A stretch of DNA of 64,000 nt from Flavobacteriales bacterium (GTDB lineage: Bacteria > Bacteroidota > Bacteroidia > NS11-12g > UBA9320). Shown one piece after another: positions 19,533-29,151 of the stretch. The notes beneath the pieces were generated by a model, which ran no database searches, was not told the origin of the DNA, and saw only the letters and a list, made by a program, of their open reading frames with translations. The stretch is taken from contig JACJZU010000001.1 of NCBI GenBank assembly GCA_020635435.1, positions 208,999 to 272,998 on the forward strand, given 5' to 3'. Each line of letters begins with the position of its first letter. The stretch's first letter is position 1. The position numbers and the translations under genes were made by a program.

Positions 19533-22500
19533 TCACTTCATCAAATGCACCGTCCCCTTCAGGAAATAAACCTGATTGTCCGCACCGATCGCCTCTACAA
19601 CATAGGCATAAGCATCCACCTGACATTCTTCACCCATATATGTTCCGTCCCAGGCTCCGAAGCAATCGGTCGTTTCAAAGAGCTTCTCACCCCAGCGATT
19701 GTATACTGACAAGCGATAGGATTTCAGGAATAAGCCCCTGGGCTGGAATGTTTCGTTGAGTTGATCGCGGTTGAGGGTGAAGGCATTTGGCACGTACAAA
19801 TGCGATTCAACAGCAGCGCAATCCACATTGGAATGGCTGATCACATCGTGTGTACTGTCAGGGTAACTCATGGGCTGATTGCGGACGGCCGTTACGCGGT
19901 AACAATAATCCGGATCACATAATTCAATGGCCACATCATCCGTGAAGAAGGTATCCTGATCATCCGTTGTACGACCGATCTGCAGGAAGGATCCATCTTC
20001 CTGCAAACGTTCAATACGGTAGTGATCCACCCCTTCCTGCCATTGTTTATAGCTGCTCCATTTGAGGGTTGGCTTTAATAGTTCACGATCGTATCCTACC
20101 TTCAGGAGCACACTCTTTCCGGCGTTGGAAAGCGGACTCCAGTTGCCGCAAGCGTCACGAACCCTGGCATGATAAACATAGCTCCGATCGTCGACCTGAA
20201 CACGCATGTCGTCGATGCGCTTCAAACTGAGCGCATCCGACTCCCAAAACGCAGATGCCGAGGCATCCCGGTAGATCTCGATATGTTCCAATGGCATAGC
20301 GCCCTTTTGTGGGAACAACCACTCGAGCAATATGTATTTATCGCCTTCAACGGATGCCCGCCAGATCTCGGGTGCAGGCACATCGTAGCCGAATTTCGGT
20401 TTTGCTGCGGCTGTATCGCTTTGGGACAGCTCATTGAAGCCTCCGTCCTCGATGGCATGGATCCGATATCTGCTCAGATCCGGACATCCGGTTGACGTGT
20501 CGGTATAGCTCAGTTCGGTGCCCGGAATAGAGTCGATGCGCATATAGGCATCTTCATTCTTGCGATACACTTCATAGGCCTTTACCCGTTCCCAACCGAT
20601 GTACGGACTCCAGGTCAACACATTGCGAAGGGTATCGCCCTTTGCTTTCAGTTCCACCGTACAATGGGCCTTGAGTGTATCCGGTGGAGAAGTGATACGG
20701 CAATAGTTCTCTCTCTGAACTTGCATACAGTAGGAATTCGACAGCGTTTGCAATCCTCCAAGGATCAGGAAGCTGTCCGTCGGACTCATGAACCGGCTCT
20801 TTTTCCATCCATTTCCGGGATCTTTCAGCCATACCACCTGACGTTCCACATAAGGATCTGCTTTTGTTTGAAGTTTCAGGTCGATCTCAAAGTCGGTTCT
20901 CACGCTTATTCGCTTGATGATGGCATCGTCTAGGGGTGTTGAATCGGAAACCGCGATGGCAGAAGAATCGGAGAGCACATAGCTGCAACCGTTCACGGTG
21001 AACAAGCGAAGCTGAATAGGAAAGACACCCGGTTCATCGATGGATATCCGGAAAGGATCGGGTTGAATGGCGTAGAATGAGTCGCCGACGGTCCATTCCC
21101 AATGGGATATGGCTGTATCTGCCGTGCTGTTGTGGTGAACCATGAGTGAATCGCCCATGCACATGCCCGGTCGGCTCAGGGAATAACCCGGATCGGCGCC
21201 GTAGATCCGCGCTGTTCGGGCGAAGGAATCGCGGCAGCCCTTGTCGGTTACCACTTCCATTCCAATGGAATAATCGCCCCCCTTGCTAAAAACGTGTTTC
21301 ACGAACATGCCGGTATCCCGGTGTCCATCACCGAAATCCCAGTAAATGCCGCGCAGTTTATTGCCGTTTCCAAATCCGCTGAAAAGCAGATCGGTTGTAT
21401 CTCCGGCGCAATTCCGTTTCAGATCGAATGTGGCAAAAGGGAAGGAATTCACTTTGATCGTATCCTCCCTCGGCAAGGTGTACGTACATCCAAATGAGTC
21501 GCGCACCGTTAAGATCGGGATATAGGTGCCGGGCAGGTCATAGGTGTGTTTTGAAGAAGGCTCACTCACTACATTGCCGTCTCCAAGATCCCACTTGTAG
21601 GCTACCTCCTGTTCGGAGCGCGCATTGAAGGTCACCTCGAGTGGAACACATCCACTCAATGGGGCGATCATTTTCTCGACCTTGGGGCCTTCTATGGTTA
21701 TAAAATCGGGGTAGGTGGTTGTGGTGCGGCAGCCCTTATTATCCTCTACGGTAAGTGAGACACTGTATTTACCGGGTAGCAGATACATCTTACCGGGGTC
21801 CTTTTTGATGGAATACGTTCCATCTCCGAGACCCCAATACCAGGACACGATGTTCCGGCCAATGGAATAGGAACTATCGGTGAAGTTCACATACAACGGG
21901 GGACAAGGCGCTCCGCTGGTATCGGCTTTGAAAACCGCGGAGAGCCTCGGATCGGGCTTGTTCAGGAAATGGGTGAGCATGGTGGCACAACCATCGGGTT
22001 TCAATACCCGTACCTGAACCGTATCGGTTGTTCCATCGAGTTGACGGATATAGGTGGTTGTTTTATCGGGGAAATAGCTCTTCCATTTCCCGTTCAATCC
22101 CCATTGATACTGCAGTCCGGTCACTGAGGGGCTCGCATTTACGGTAAGTCCGTAGGCAATGGTATTGCACTGAACATCGCTCACTTGTCCGATCTTCAGG
22201 TCCAGTCCGCTGACAGGAACATGAAAAGTGCGGATATCACGGCAGGTATCATTTCCAACGATAAGGCGCACCGGGACGGAATCCACACCGGGGATCTTCT
22301 CGAACAATTGCAGGTCCATTTCAACGGCGTTAACCTCAACGGGTGCGGAGTTGCCGATCGCCCAAAAATGCTTGTAGCCATCCTTTCCGTAGGTGCTGTC
22401 TATCAACTTCAGATCGTAGGGCAGGCATTTTCCCTTCCAGGAAATGGAACCTTTGGAGGATGGGCCATCTCCATTGAACGATCGCTTTTCTACGCTTATG

Positions 22501-24770
22501 CAACCATCGTAGTTGCTGGCTTCTACGGTCAAATCAAACTTCGAGGGCATACCCTTCAGATCGAGGTTCAAGGACGGAAGTAGGTGGGAATAATCTACGG
22601 GTACACCGTCGGTTTGAATGAATAATTTCCTTGCGTATGCTGTATTGATCTTTACGTTGAGTTCTACGGGAGGGCAATCGATATTACCGGAAGTTTCCAG
22701 AGTGAGGTCCGGTTTTCTGAAGATATTGAACTCATACCAGCCGGTATCCCGGCAACCGGTCTTGTTGTTGAAGGCGGCGATACCTGCTAGGTAATAACCT
22801 GGATCCAACACTACGGAAAATGAATCGCCGCTATAGGAATCGAATGGTTTGCCGAGCCAGGCGAATTCTGTTTCGCCGATACTCTGATTGCTCACCGTGA
22901 TCGTTGCCGGGCCACAGGTATCCCCTTCGATAAGCAGATCGGCGAAGGGTGCTTTTACAAAGAAGCGATCGGGATGCTTGAAGGTGTCGGTACATCCAAA
23001 ATAGTTGGATATCAGAAGTACTTCCTTGTATCCGGGAGGTTTCCGGATCTTATGAGTCAGGTCTCCTTCAACCACTTCCCGTGCATCGCCGGCAATGATC
23101 CACGTATAACTTTGCGGTTTGAGCGGATCCTCATTGGTGCGATTTGTGAAATATTTCGTCTCGCCATTACAAACTGCAGAGGTGTCGTAGCTCAGTTTGG
23201 GTTCAACCTTCACCCCGGCCAGAATTCGTGTTGTAGCCGAGGCAGTACACCCCAATGCATCTGTGATCGTGAGCGTAGCAGTGAATGCACCTGTATCCGT
23301 GTAAGTATGTTTCGGGTTACGCAGATTTGATTTGCCTTTGTCGCCGAAATCCCATTCGAACTTCACCGCTGGTTGATTGGATGTTAGATTCGTTTTGAAC
23401 TGCACAGGAAGTGGCAGACAACCACCTGTATCTGGCAGGATTTCCAGCTTTGGGTTGGAAATGGACAAAGTATCCCTGAAAACCTGCGAGCATCCATCCA
23501 GATCTACCAGCACTTCCACGGCCGGAGATCCGCCCTCTTCCAGTTTGCGGGTGATGGACATGCTGCTACCGACAGATTCGCCATCCATTTTCCATTGGTA
23601 TTTGGCTGATGCGTTGCCCGTGAATTGGAGATTAACCGTGGCCGGTAATCCGCAGATCGGTTTCGGTGTGTAGGATATGGAACCCGTGGGTTTGGGTTTG
23701 ATGGTGATCTCCTGCTCCACATTGGCGTAACAGGATGTATTGTAAACTGTAAGTTTCACCTTGTACGTTCCCGGAACCAGATATTGGCTTGGCTCCTGTG
23801 CGGAAGAGGTCTTTCCATTGCCGAAATCCCAGCGGTAGGTTAAACCGGAATAACCGGAGGCTTCGGATGTGAACGTGAAATTAGCGGGCCCGCAGGGCGC
23901 TTCCTTCAGCCGGAAAGCGGCCTTCAGCGGGGAGATCGAGACCGGATCGGCTCCGCGGGCGGTATCCGTACAACCGTTAGAGGCAGTTGCAACAAGGACG
24001 GGGTCAAAGGAGCCGAAAGTGGTATAGGTATGTACAGGATCCGTGGTGCTACTGTTCTGTCCATCGCCGAAATCCCAACTGTATGACGCGGCGTTTGAGG
24101 ACGAATTCTTGAAAACGACCGATGCCGGCGCACTGCAGAACGTGCGCTGATTCATGCTGAACGCGGCCGTCGGCTTTTTGAGAACAGTTACAAAATCGGA
24201 AATAATGGTATCGGATCGGCAGCCATTCAGATCTTGGATGAACAACGAAACTTTGTAGGTTCCGCTCCGTGTATATTCATGTACCGGTTTTGCGCCACTT
24301 CCGAGGGATCCATCACCAAAATCCCATGAGAAGATCTGAATGGACGTATCCCCCTCCAGCGATGTGCTTCGGAATTGTGCCGGAGATCCTTCGCAAATAC
24401 TACGGGCGCCGGATGCGAACGATGCCTTCGGATCTTTGAACACACGGATATTCCGGATGATCTTGGTGTCCTTTCGGCCTGAGGCATCAATGGCAGTAAG
24501 TGTGACCGTGTACTTGCCAGGTATATAATATATGGCCGAGGGATCCTTTAACGTAGAACGGTTGCCATTACCAAAATCCCACTCAAAACTCTGGGCGGAG
24601 GAAGAAGTATTGATGAACTTGACCACTAAAGGCGAGCAACCCGATGCCGGACTGGCTTTAAAATCGGCGATCGGCTGTGCTGTGCCGGAGGATCCGAATA
24701 ACAGCAAAACGCCCATAATAAACCATGAGCCGGCTTTTTTGAGCAAACCCCGGATTCCATATGTGCGCAA
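19533..24770 (-). CDS. Giant PKD-repeat adhesin with T9SS type B (CHU_C/gliding-motility) C-terminal domain
   Basis: 1745 aa with many PKD units (W(D/E)FGDG..S....P.H.Y...G.Y.V.L). The C-terminus LYVPNAFTLNRDQLNETFQP...YNRWGEKLFE...WDGTY matches the type B sorting domain. Confidence 0.9.
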   Translation of the reverse strand: MRTYGIRGLLKKAGSWFIMGVLLLFGSSGTAQPIADFKASPASGCSPLVVKFINTSSSAQSFEWDFGNGNRSTLKDPSAIYYIPGKYTVTLTAIDASGRKDTKIIRNIRVFKDPKASFASGARSICEGSPAQFRSTSLEGDTSIQIFSWDFGDGSLGSGAKPVHEYTRSGTYKVSLFIQDLNGCRSDTIISDFVTVLKKPTAAFSMNQRTFCSAPASVVFKNSSSNAASYSWDFGDGQNSSTTDPVHTYTTFGSFDPVLVATASNGCTDTARGADPVSISPLKAAFRLKEAPCGPANFTFTSEASGYSGLTYRWDFGNGKTSSAQEPSQYLVPGTYKVKLTVYNTSCYANVEQEITIKPKPTGSISYTPKPICGLPATVNLQFTGNASAKYQWKMDGESVGSSMSITRKLEEGGSPAVEVLVDLDGCSQVFRDTLSISNPKLEILPDTGGCLPLPVQFKTNLTSNQPAVKFEWDFGDKGKSNLRNPKHTYTDTGAFTATLTITDALGCTASATTRILAGVKVEPKLSYDTSAVCNGETKYFTNRTNEDPLKPQSYTWIIAGDAREVVEGDLTHKIRKPPGYKEVLLISNYFGCTDTFKHPDRFFVKAPFADLLIEGDTCGPATITVSNQSIGETEFAWLGKPFDSYSGDSFSVVLDPGYYLAGIAAFNNKTGCRDTGWYEFNIFRKPDLTLETSGNIDCPPVELNVKINTAYARKLFIQTDGVPVDYSHLLPSLNLDLKGMPSKFDLTVEASNYDGCISVEKRSFNGDGPSSKGSISWKGKCLPYDLKLIDSTYGKDGYKHFWAIGNSAPVEVNAVEMDLQLFEKIPGVDSVPVRLIVGNDTCRDIRTFHVPVSGLDLKIGQVSDVQCNTIAYGLTVNASPSVTGLQYQWGLNGKWKSYFPDKTTTYIRQLDGTTDTVQVRVLKPDGCATMLTHFLNKPDPRLSAVFKADTSGAPCPPLYVNFTDSSYSIGRNIVSWYWGLGDGTYSIKKDPGKMYLLPGKYSVSLTVEDNKGCRTTTTYPDFITIEGPKVEKMIAPLSGCVPLEVTFNARSEQEVAYKWDLGDGNVVSEPSSKHTYDLPGTYIPILTVRDSFGCTYTLPREDTIKVNSFPFATFDLKRNCAGDTTDLLFSGFGNGNKLRGIYWDFGDGHRDTGMFVKHVFSKGGDYSIGMEVVTDKGCRDSFARTARIYGADPGYSLSRPGMCMGDSLMVHHNSTADTAISHWEWTVGDSFYAIQPDPFRISIDEPGVFPIQLRLFTVNGCSYVLSDSSAIAVSDSTPLDDAIIKRISVRTDFEIDLKLQTKADPYVERQVVWLKDPGNGWKKSRFMSPTDSFLILGGLQTLSNSYCMQVQRENYCRITSPPDTLKAHCTVELKAKGDTLRNVLTWSPYIGWERVKAYEVYRKNEDAYMRIDSIPGTELSYTDTSTGCPDLSRYRIHAIEDGGFNELSQSDTAAAKPKFGYDVPAPEIWRASVEGDKYILLEWLFPQKGAMPLEHIEIYRDASASAFWESDALSLKRIDDMRVQVDDRSYVYHARVRDACGNWSPLSNAGKSVLLKVGYDRELLKPTLKWSSYKQWQEGVDHYRIERLQEDGSFLQIGRTTDDQDTFFTDDVAIELCDPDYCYRVTAVRNQPMSYPDSTHDVISHSNVDCAAVESHLYVPNAFTLNRDQLNETFQPRGLFLKSYRLSVYNRWGEKLFETTDCFGAWDGTYMGEECQVDAYAYVVEAIGADNQVYFLKGTVHLMK

Positions 24771-24936
24771 TTCGTCGATGTTAGCAAAAGTAATTCAGAA
24801 TATCAGCAAGGCACAGAGATCTGTGTCATATCGCTGTTGGAAGTACATGAATTCTATTCGATCCAATTTTAAGTGTCTATGAACTTTTCAAAATCAGCCG
24901 AACAATTGGGGGCCGGCGTTGTCTTAATACAACGCT

Positions 24937-25983
24937 ATGCAAACTGGTTTTGACAATAAACGCATTGTTGTAACGGGAGTTACGGGTTTCCTGGGTTCTC
25001 ATACAGCCATCGATCTGCTGAATAAGGGTTATCGGGTGATTGGTACCCTGCGCGATGGCACGAGGAAGGAATCCATTCGAAGTGTTATTGCCGGACATAC
25101 GGAAGCGATCGACAAATTCGAGTTACGCGTCGCAGATCTTGAAGACGAAGCGGCATGGCCGGAGATCCTCAAGGATGCAGATGCCGTGATCCACGTGGCA
25201 TCGCCTTTTCCCACAACCTTGCCCAAACAAGACGAGGATCTTGTTCGCCCTGCCAGGTCCGGAACCTTGAACATACTGAAGGCTGCCCTCTCGCAGGGTG
25301 TGAAGCGCGTTGTGAAGGTTTCTTCGTCCGGGGCCATGATCTATGGAAAATCAGCCGGCGCCCGTAGCGGAAAGTTCAGCGAGGAGGATTGGACAGACGC
25401 AAGCGATCTGCCCGACACTACACCCTATTTCCGAAGCAAGACGCTCGCCGAAAAAGCTGCGTGGGATTTTGTAAAAGCACATCCCGGTGAGATCGAATTG
25501 GTAACTGTATGTCCCGGAGCTATTCTTGGGCCGGTTCTGGAATCCGATATCGGAACCAGCGCGAATATTGTCTATAAGATGCTAAACGGCAGCGCTCCCG
25601 CCATTCCTCCGATCGGTTTCGAGATGGTTGATGTGCGCGATGTGGCCGAGTTGTTACGGCTTTGTTTGGAGGACACGAAGGCCGCCGGTCAACGATTTGC
25701 CGCCGGCGCCGGTTATCTGAGCTTTGCCGAAGTAGCTGGTGTGCTGCGCATGCGCTATCCGAAACACAGGATCCCCAAATACATGTTACCCAAATTTGCC
25801 GTGCGTCTGTTCGCATACATAGATCCCACGGTGAAACCGATCCTGCTCGACCTTGGCGAAAAACGAGAACTGGACAGCTCCAAAGCCCGTACCGTATTGG
25901 GCTGGAAACCGAGAGAAGCGCATGTTGCCGTGGAGGATTGTGCCGAGAGTATTTTCCGTCTTGGCCTGGTCAAACAGAAATAG
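24937..25983 (+). CDS. NAD(P)-dependent SDR-family oxidoreductase (aldehyde/dihydroflavonol reductase-like)
   Basis: Rossmann motif VTGVTGFLGSH, extended-SDR length (348 aa) and a YxxxK-type region (YFRSK). Confidence 0.8.
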   Translation: MQTGFDNKRIVVTGVTGFLGSHTAIDLLNKGYRVIGTLRDGTRKESIRSVIAGHTEAIDKFELRVADLEDEAAWPEILKDADAVIHVASPFPTTLPKQDEDLVRPARSGTLNILKAALSQGVKRVVKVSSSGAMIYGKSAGARSGKFSEEDWTDASDLPDTTPYFRSKTLAEKAAWDFVKAHPGEIELVTVCPGAILGPVLESDIGTSANIVYKMLNGSAPAIPPIGFEMVDVRDVAELLRLCLEDTKAAGQRFAAGAGYLSFAEVAGVLRMRYPKHRIPKYMLPKFAVRLFAYIDPTVKPILLDLGEKRELDSSKARTVLGWKPREAHVAVEDCAESIFRLGLVKQK

Positions 25984-26079
25984 CCATCATAGATTTAACC
26001 TATGCACCTATAGTAACTTCCTATCAAACATTGAGGTCTGCGATCGGTTTACGTGTATATACATGTAATTTTAAAAACT

Positions 26080-26613
26080 ATGAATACAACTACAGCAACT
26101 AAGACCAAATGGGCGATTGACGCTGCTCATTCCGAGATCGGATTCAAAGTGCGTCACATGATGATCTCCACTGTTACCGGGCATTTCGACCAGTTCAATG
26201 CAAGTGTTGAGATGGTGGATGAAGATTTTTCATCTGCCGAAATTGATGTTCAAGTGGTAACTGCATCGGTTAACACGAAAAATGCAGACCGCGACAACCA
26301 CTTGCGTTCAGATGATTTCTTCAATGCGGAGGCATATCCGGTAATTCACTTCAAATCAAAATCGTTCAACGGAACCAAGTTGGTTGGCGATCTTACCATT
26401 CGCGACATCACTGCCGAAGTGGAGTTGGATGTGGAATACAATGGTACGGTGCGTGATCCATACGGACAGATCAAATCCGGATTTGAATTGAGTGGGGAGA
26501 TCAGTCGCAAAGCCTATGGCCTGAAATGGAATGCTGTAACTGAGGCTGGAAGTGTGGTTGTATCCGACAAGGTTCAGCTTGTAATTGCTGCGCAGTTCGT
26601 TAAACAAGGTTAA
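26080..26613 (+). CDS. YceI family polyisoprenoid-binding protein
   Basis: WAIDAAHSEIGFKVRHMMISTVTGHFDQF is the YceI signature. ORF 26053.. was trimmed to the first ATG at 26080. Confidence 0.85.
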   Translation: MNTTTATKTKWAIDAAHSEIGFKVRHMMISTVTGHFDQFNASVEMVDEDFSSAEIDVQVVTASVNTKNADRDNHLRSDDFFNAEAYPVIHFKSKSFNGTKLVGDLTIRDITAEVELDVEYNGTVRDPYGQIKSGFELSGEISRKAYGLKWNAVTEAGSVVVSDKVQLVIAAQFVKQG

Positions 26614-26899
26614 CTCCTCATCTAATATCTTTTGATTCATCTACAGCCGGCTCTTTTGAAACGATCCAATTTGTTTATTTGATAGAATTCGAGTTTTCTC
26701 AACTGAATTTCGTTTCCTTCTAATAATGCAAACTAACTTAAAACTGAAGAACTAAAAACTGAGTAGTGAAATTCGAAGAGTGCCAACGCCAAATGTTCAT
26801 CGTAATAACGGCAACCTTGGCTAAATTGGATATACCTGTAGAGGTTCGATCCATCGTAACGCGCTCGAGCGGATGATACAATCCTCAATTCATCCCGTC

Positions 26900-28396
26900 C
26901 TATTCGGGTTCTCTCAAGTTCCAGGGGCCGGCATTACCTTCGCAGCCTTTATTGTCCAATACATGGAGGAAATAGCTTCCGGCTTTTAAGCCACCGGGAT
27001 TCGCCCCGCTGGCAGTTGATGGACCTGACCAGGTATAGGTGTAGGGAGCAGAACCGCCACGTACCAGTGTTTGGATTGTTCCATCGCTCCCTCCGGTGGT
27101 GCTGATGTTGTTCAAACCAAAGACAGATGGCCTGAAATAGATCGTTAAAATATCGTCACAAGGAATCTGGTAATTATAAACGCGTACATGACCCGCATTT
27201 GAGCCTGCCCCGTCGTTACCATTAGCCCCAATCGCCAGCTTTGTGCCGTCCGAACTCATCGAAACGGACCTGCCGCTCTGGTCATCCGCAGCCTCTCCGT
27301 CGATGTCGGAGCCCAATAGCTCCCAGGCCGAACCATTCCACCCGTAAAGCCTTACATGGCCCGCACTGGGGCCGTTCCCGTCATTACCAATGGCCCCAAT
27401 CGCTAGCATTGTACCGTCCGAACTCATCGAAACGGACCTGCCGCTATTGTCTTGCGCAGCCTCCCCGTCGATGTCAGTACCCAATTGCACCCATGCAGAG
27501 CCATCCCACTCGTAAACCCTTACATGACCCGCATTTGAGCCGGACCAGTCATTTAAGTGGGCCCCGATCGCCAACTTTGTGCCGTCCGAACTCATCGAAA
27601 CGGAAAAGCCGCTATTGTCAAATGCAGCTTCTCCGTCGATGTCGGAGCCCAATTGCACCCAAGCCGAACCATTCCACTCGTAAACCCGTACATGACCCGC
27701 ATTAATGCCGGACCCGTCATTACCAATGGCCCCAATCGCCAGCTTTGTGCCGTCCGAACTCATCGAAACAGAATAGCCACTATTGTCATCCACTGCCTCC
27801 CCGTCGATGTCGGAACCCAATTGCACCCAAACCGAACCATTCCATTCGTAAACCCGTACATGACCCGCATTGGCGCCGGCCCCGTCATTACCAATGGCCC
27901 CAATCGCCAGTTTTGTGCCGTCCGAACTCATCGAAACGGAAAAGCCGCTGTTGTCTCCCGCAGCCTCCCCGTCGATGTCGGAGCCCAATTGCACCCAGGC
28001 AGAACCATTCCACTCGTAAACCCGTACATGCCCCGCACTGACGCCGGCCCCGTCATTTAAGTAGGCCCCTATCGCCAGCTTTGTGCCGTCCGAATTCACC
28101 GAAACGGAATAGCCGCTCAAATCGAACGCCGCTTCTCCATCGATGTCGGAGCCCAATTGCACCCAGGCAGAGCCATTCCACTCGTAAACCCGTACATGAC
28201 CCGCACTGGTGCCGGCCCCGTCATTTAAGTAGGCCCCTATCGCTAGCTTTGTGCCATCCGAACTCATCGAAACGGAAAAGCCGCTTTGGTCTCCCCCAGC
28301 CTCCCCGTCGATGTCCGTACCAAATTGGGTTTGAGCTGCCAGACTTTGTGAAATTAGAAAGACAGAACATGTTAAGATATGCTGAATGCGTTTCAT
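26900..28396 (-). CDS. Secreted seven-bladed beta-propeller repeat protein with one SprB-like C-terminal repeat
   Basis: A signal peptide is followed by seven 56-aa units G(S/T)DIDGEA..D.SG.SVS.SSDGTKLAIGA..NDG.G..AGHVRVYEWNGSAWVQL (FG-GAP/integrin-alpha-like pattern). The C-terminus GGSAPYTYTWSGP...LKAGSYFLHVLDNKGC is SprB-repeat-like. No T9SS C-terminal domain is visible. Confidence 0.7.
   Translation of the reverse strand: MKRIQHILTCSVFLISQSLAAQTQFGTDIDGEAGGDQSGFSVSMSSDGTKLAIGAYLNDGAGTSAGHVRVYEWNGSAWVQLGSDIDGEAAFDLSGYSVSVNSDGTKLAIGAYLNDGAGVSAGHVRVYEWNGSAWVQLGSDIDGEAAGDNSGFSVSMSSDGTKLAIGAIGNDGAGANAGHVRVYEWNGSVWVQLGSDIDGEAVDDNSGYSVSMSSDGTKLAIGAIGNDGSGINAGHVRVYEWNGSAWVQLGSDIDGEAAFDNSGFSVSMSSDGTKLAIGAHLNDWSGSNAGHVRVYEWDGSAWVQLGTDIDGEAAQDNSGRSVSMSSDGTMLAIGAIGNDGNGPSAGHVRLYGWNGSAWELLGSDIDGEAADDQSGRSVSMSSDGTKLAIGANGNDGAGSNAGHVRVYNYQIPCDDILTIYFRPSVFGLNNISTTGGSDGTIQTLVRGGSAPYTYTWSGPSTASGANPGGLKAGSYFLHVLDNKGCEGNAGPWNLREPE
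27150..28321. repeat. Seven tandem, near-identical 168-bp coding repeats
   Basis: The repeats are the DNA-level counterpart of the 56-aa units. Off-frame ORFs in the track (27241.., 27557.., 27745.., 28081..) repeat the same peptide strings, which shows high nucleotide identity between units. Confidence 0.85.
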
Positions 28397-28639
28397 CGCC
28401 TTTTAAATTGATTTAACAACAATACTTTTTTATACTCACTCCGCGTCTGTCCGAAATAAATCTAAGGCAATAGAATGGACATAAAACTATCCCCTACATC
28501 GGCGTTGCAAAAAAACGCAATTATACACCCATGTGAGAATATCTCATTTGAGCCAGATCACCCAACTTTCAATTCGTTATTCTTGTTCCCGTCCTAAGGG
28601 ACAGGGATTCTGACACACCTTATAAAGGCATTAATTCCC

Positions 28640-29070
28640 GGACTCCTCTGATCCGTAAGCTGTCCATGGTATCCGGCCAATACTCAAAGTCTTAGCGGGT
28701 TTTCTCAGGGACTTCGTAGCACCATGGATAATTTGTTGCATTTGGGTGTGGGTCGCGTTCCATGTAAGTCCTAACTTTCCTAAATCAACACCCACCGTTC
28801 AAAGGAGCTGAGCAGAGCCTGCTATTTTGAACTGTTTGGACGTCTTCAGAGCCGTATGAAGGGTTTGGGCAAATACGCACGGAGGCCGCACCGGCAGATT
28901 TACATCCCGGATGCCAAAGTTATTACCTTATGCATGCCTCTGTCGGGCAGCCTTCCGCAGATCTAAGGACACCGCAAAACTTCATAAAAGGATCGGTGGT
29001 TGTCATGGATAAGGCTTATGTGGATTTTGAGTGGCTTATCGTTTTGGATAGCAGTGAATCTTCAATTTGA
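28640..29070 (+). mobile_element. Decayed IS4-like DDE transposase fragment
   Basis: The frame from 28670 reads ...SLSGFSQGLRSTMDNLLHLGVGRVPCKS*LS*INTHRSKELSRACYFELFGRLQS...RQIYIPDAKVLPYACLCRAAFRRSKDTAKLH. After a frame change it reads GSVVVMDKAYVDFEWL (to 29070). This resembles the N-terminal half of IS4-family transposases but carries stops, a frameshift and a missing C-terminal half. No ORF of 60 aa or more lies in 28417..29151. Confidence 0.6.
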
Positions 29071-29151
29071 TTTTATTCTGTGAGAATTTATTCTTTTCGA
29101 ATAACTTATTCAATTAACCTCGGGAATTCGTGTTTTGGATCGTATGTGTTG

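Noticed and set aside
26051-26066. Near-palindrome acgtgtatatacatgt upstream of yceI.
   Set aside because: It is imperfect (two asymmetric positions) and consists of AT-rich promoter-like sequence. This is insufficient to call a binding site.
26843-26852. GGTTCGATCC, a tRNA T-arm-like decamer in the intergenic region after yceI. It could be a tRNA or an att-site relic.
   Set aside because: I could not fold a T-stem, acceptor stem or anticodon arm around it on either strand.
27241-28416. Plus-strand ORFs (27241.., 27557.., 27745.., 28081..) with repeating peptides.
   Set aside because: They are off-strand reflections of the seven 168-bp repeats in the minus-strand propeller gene.
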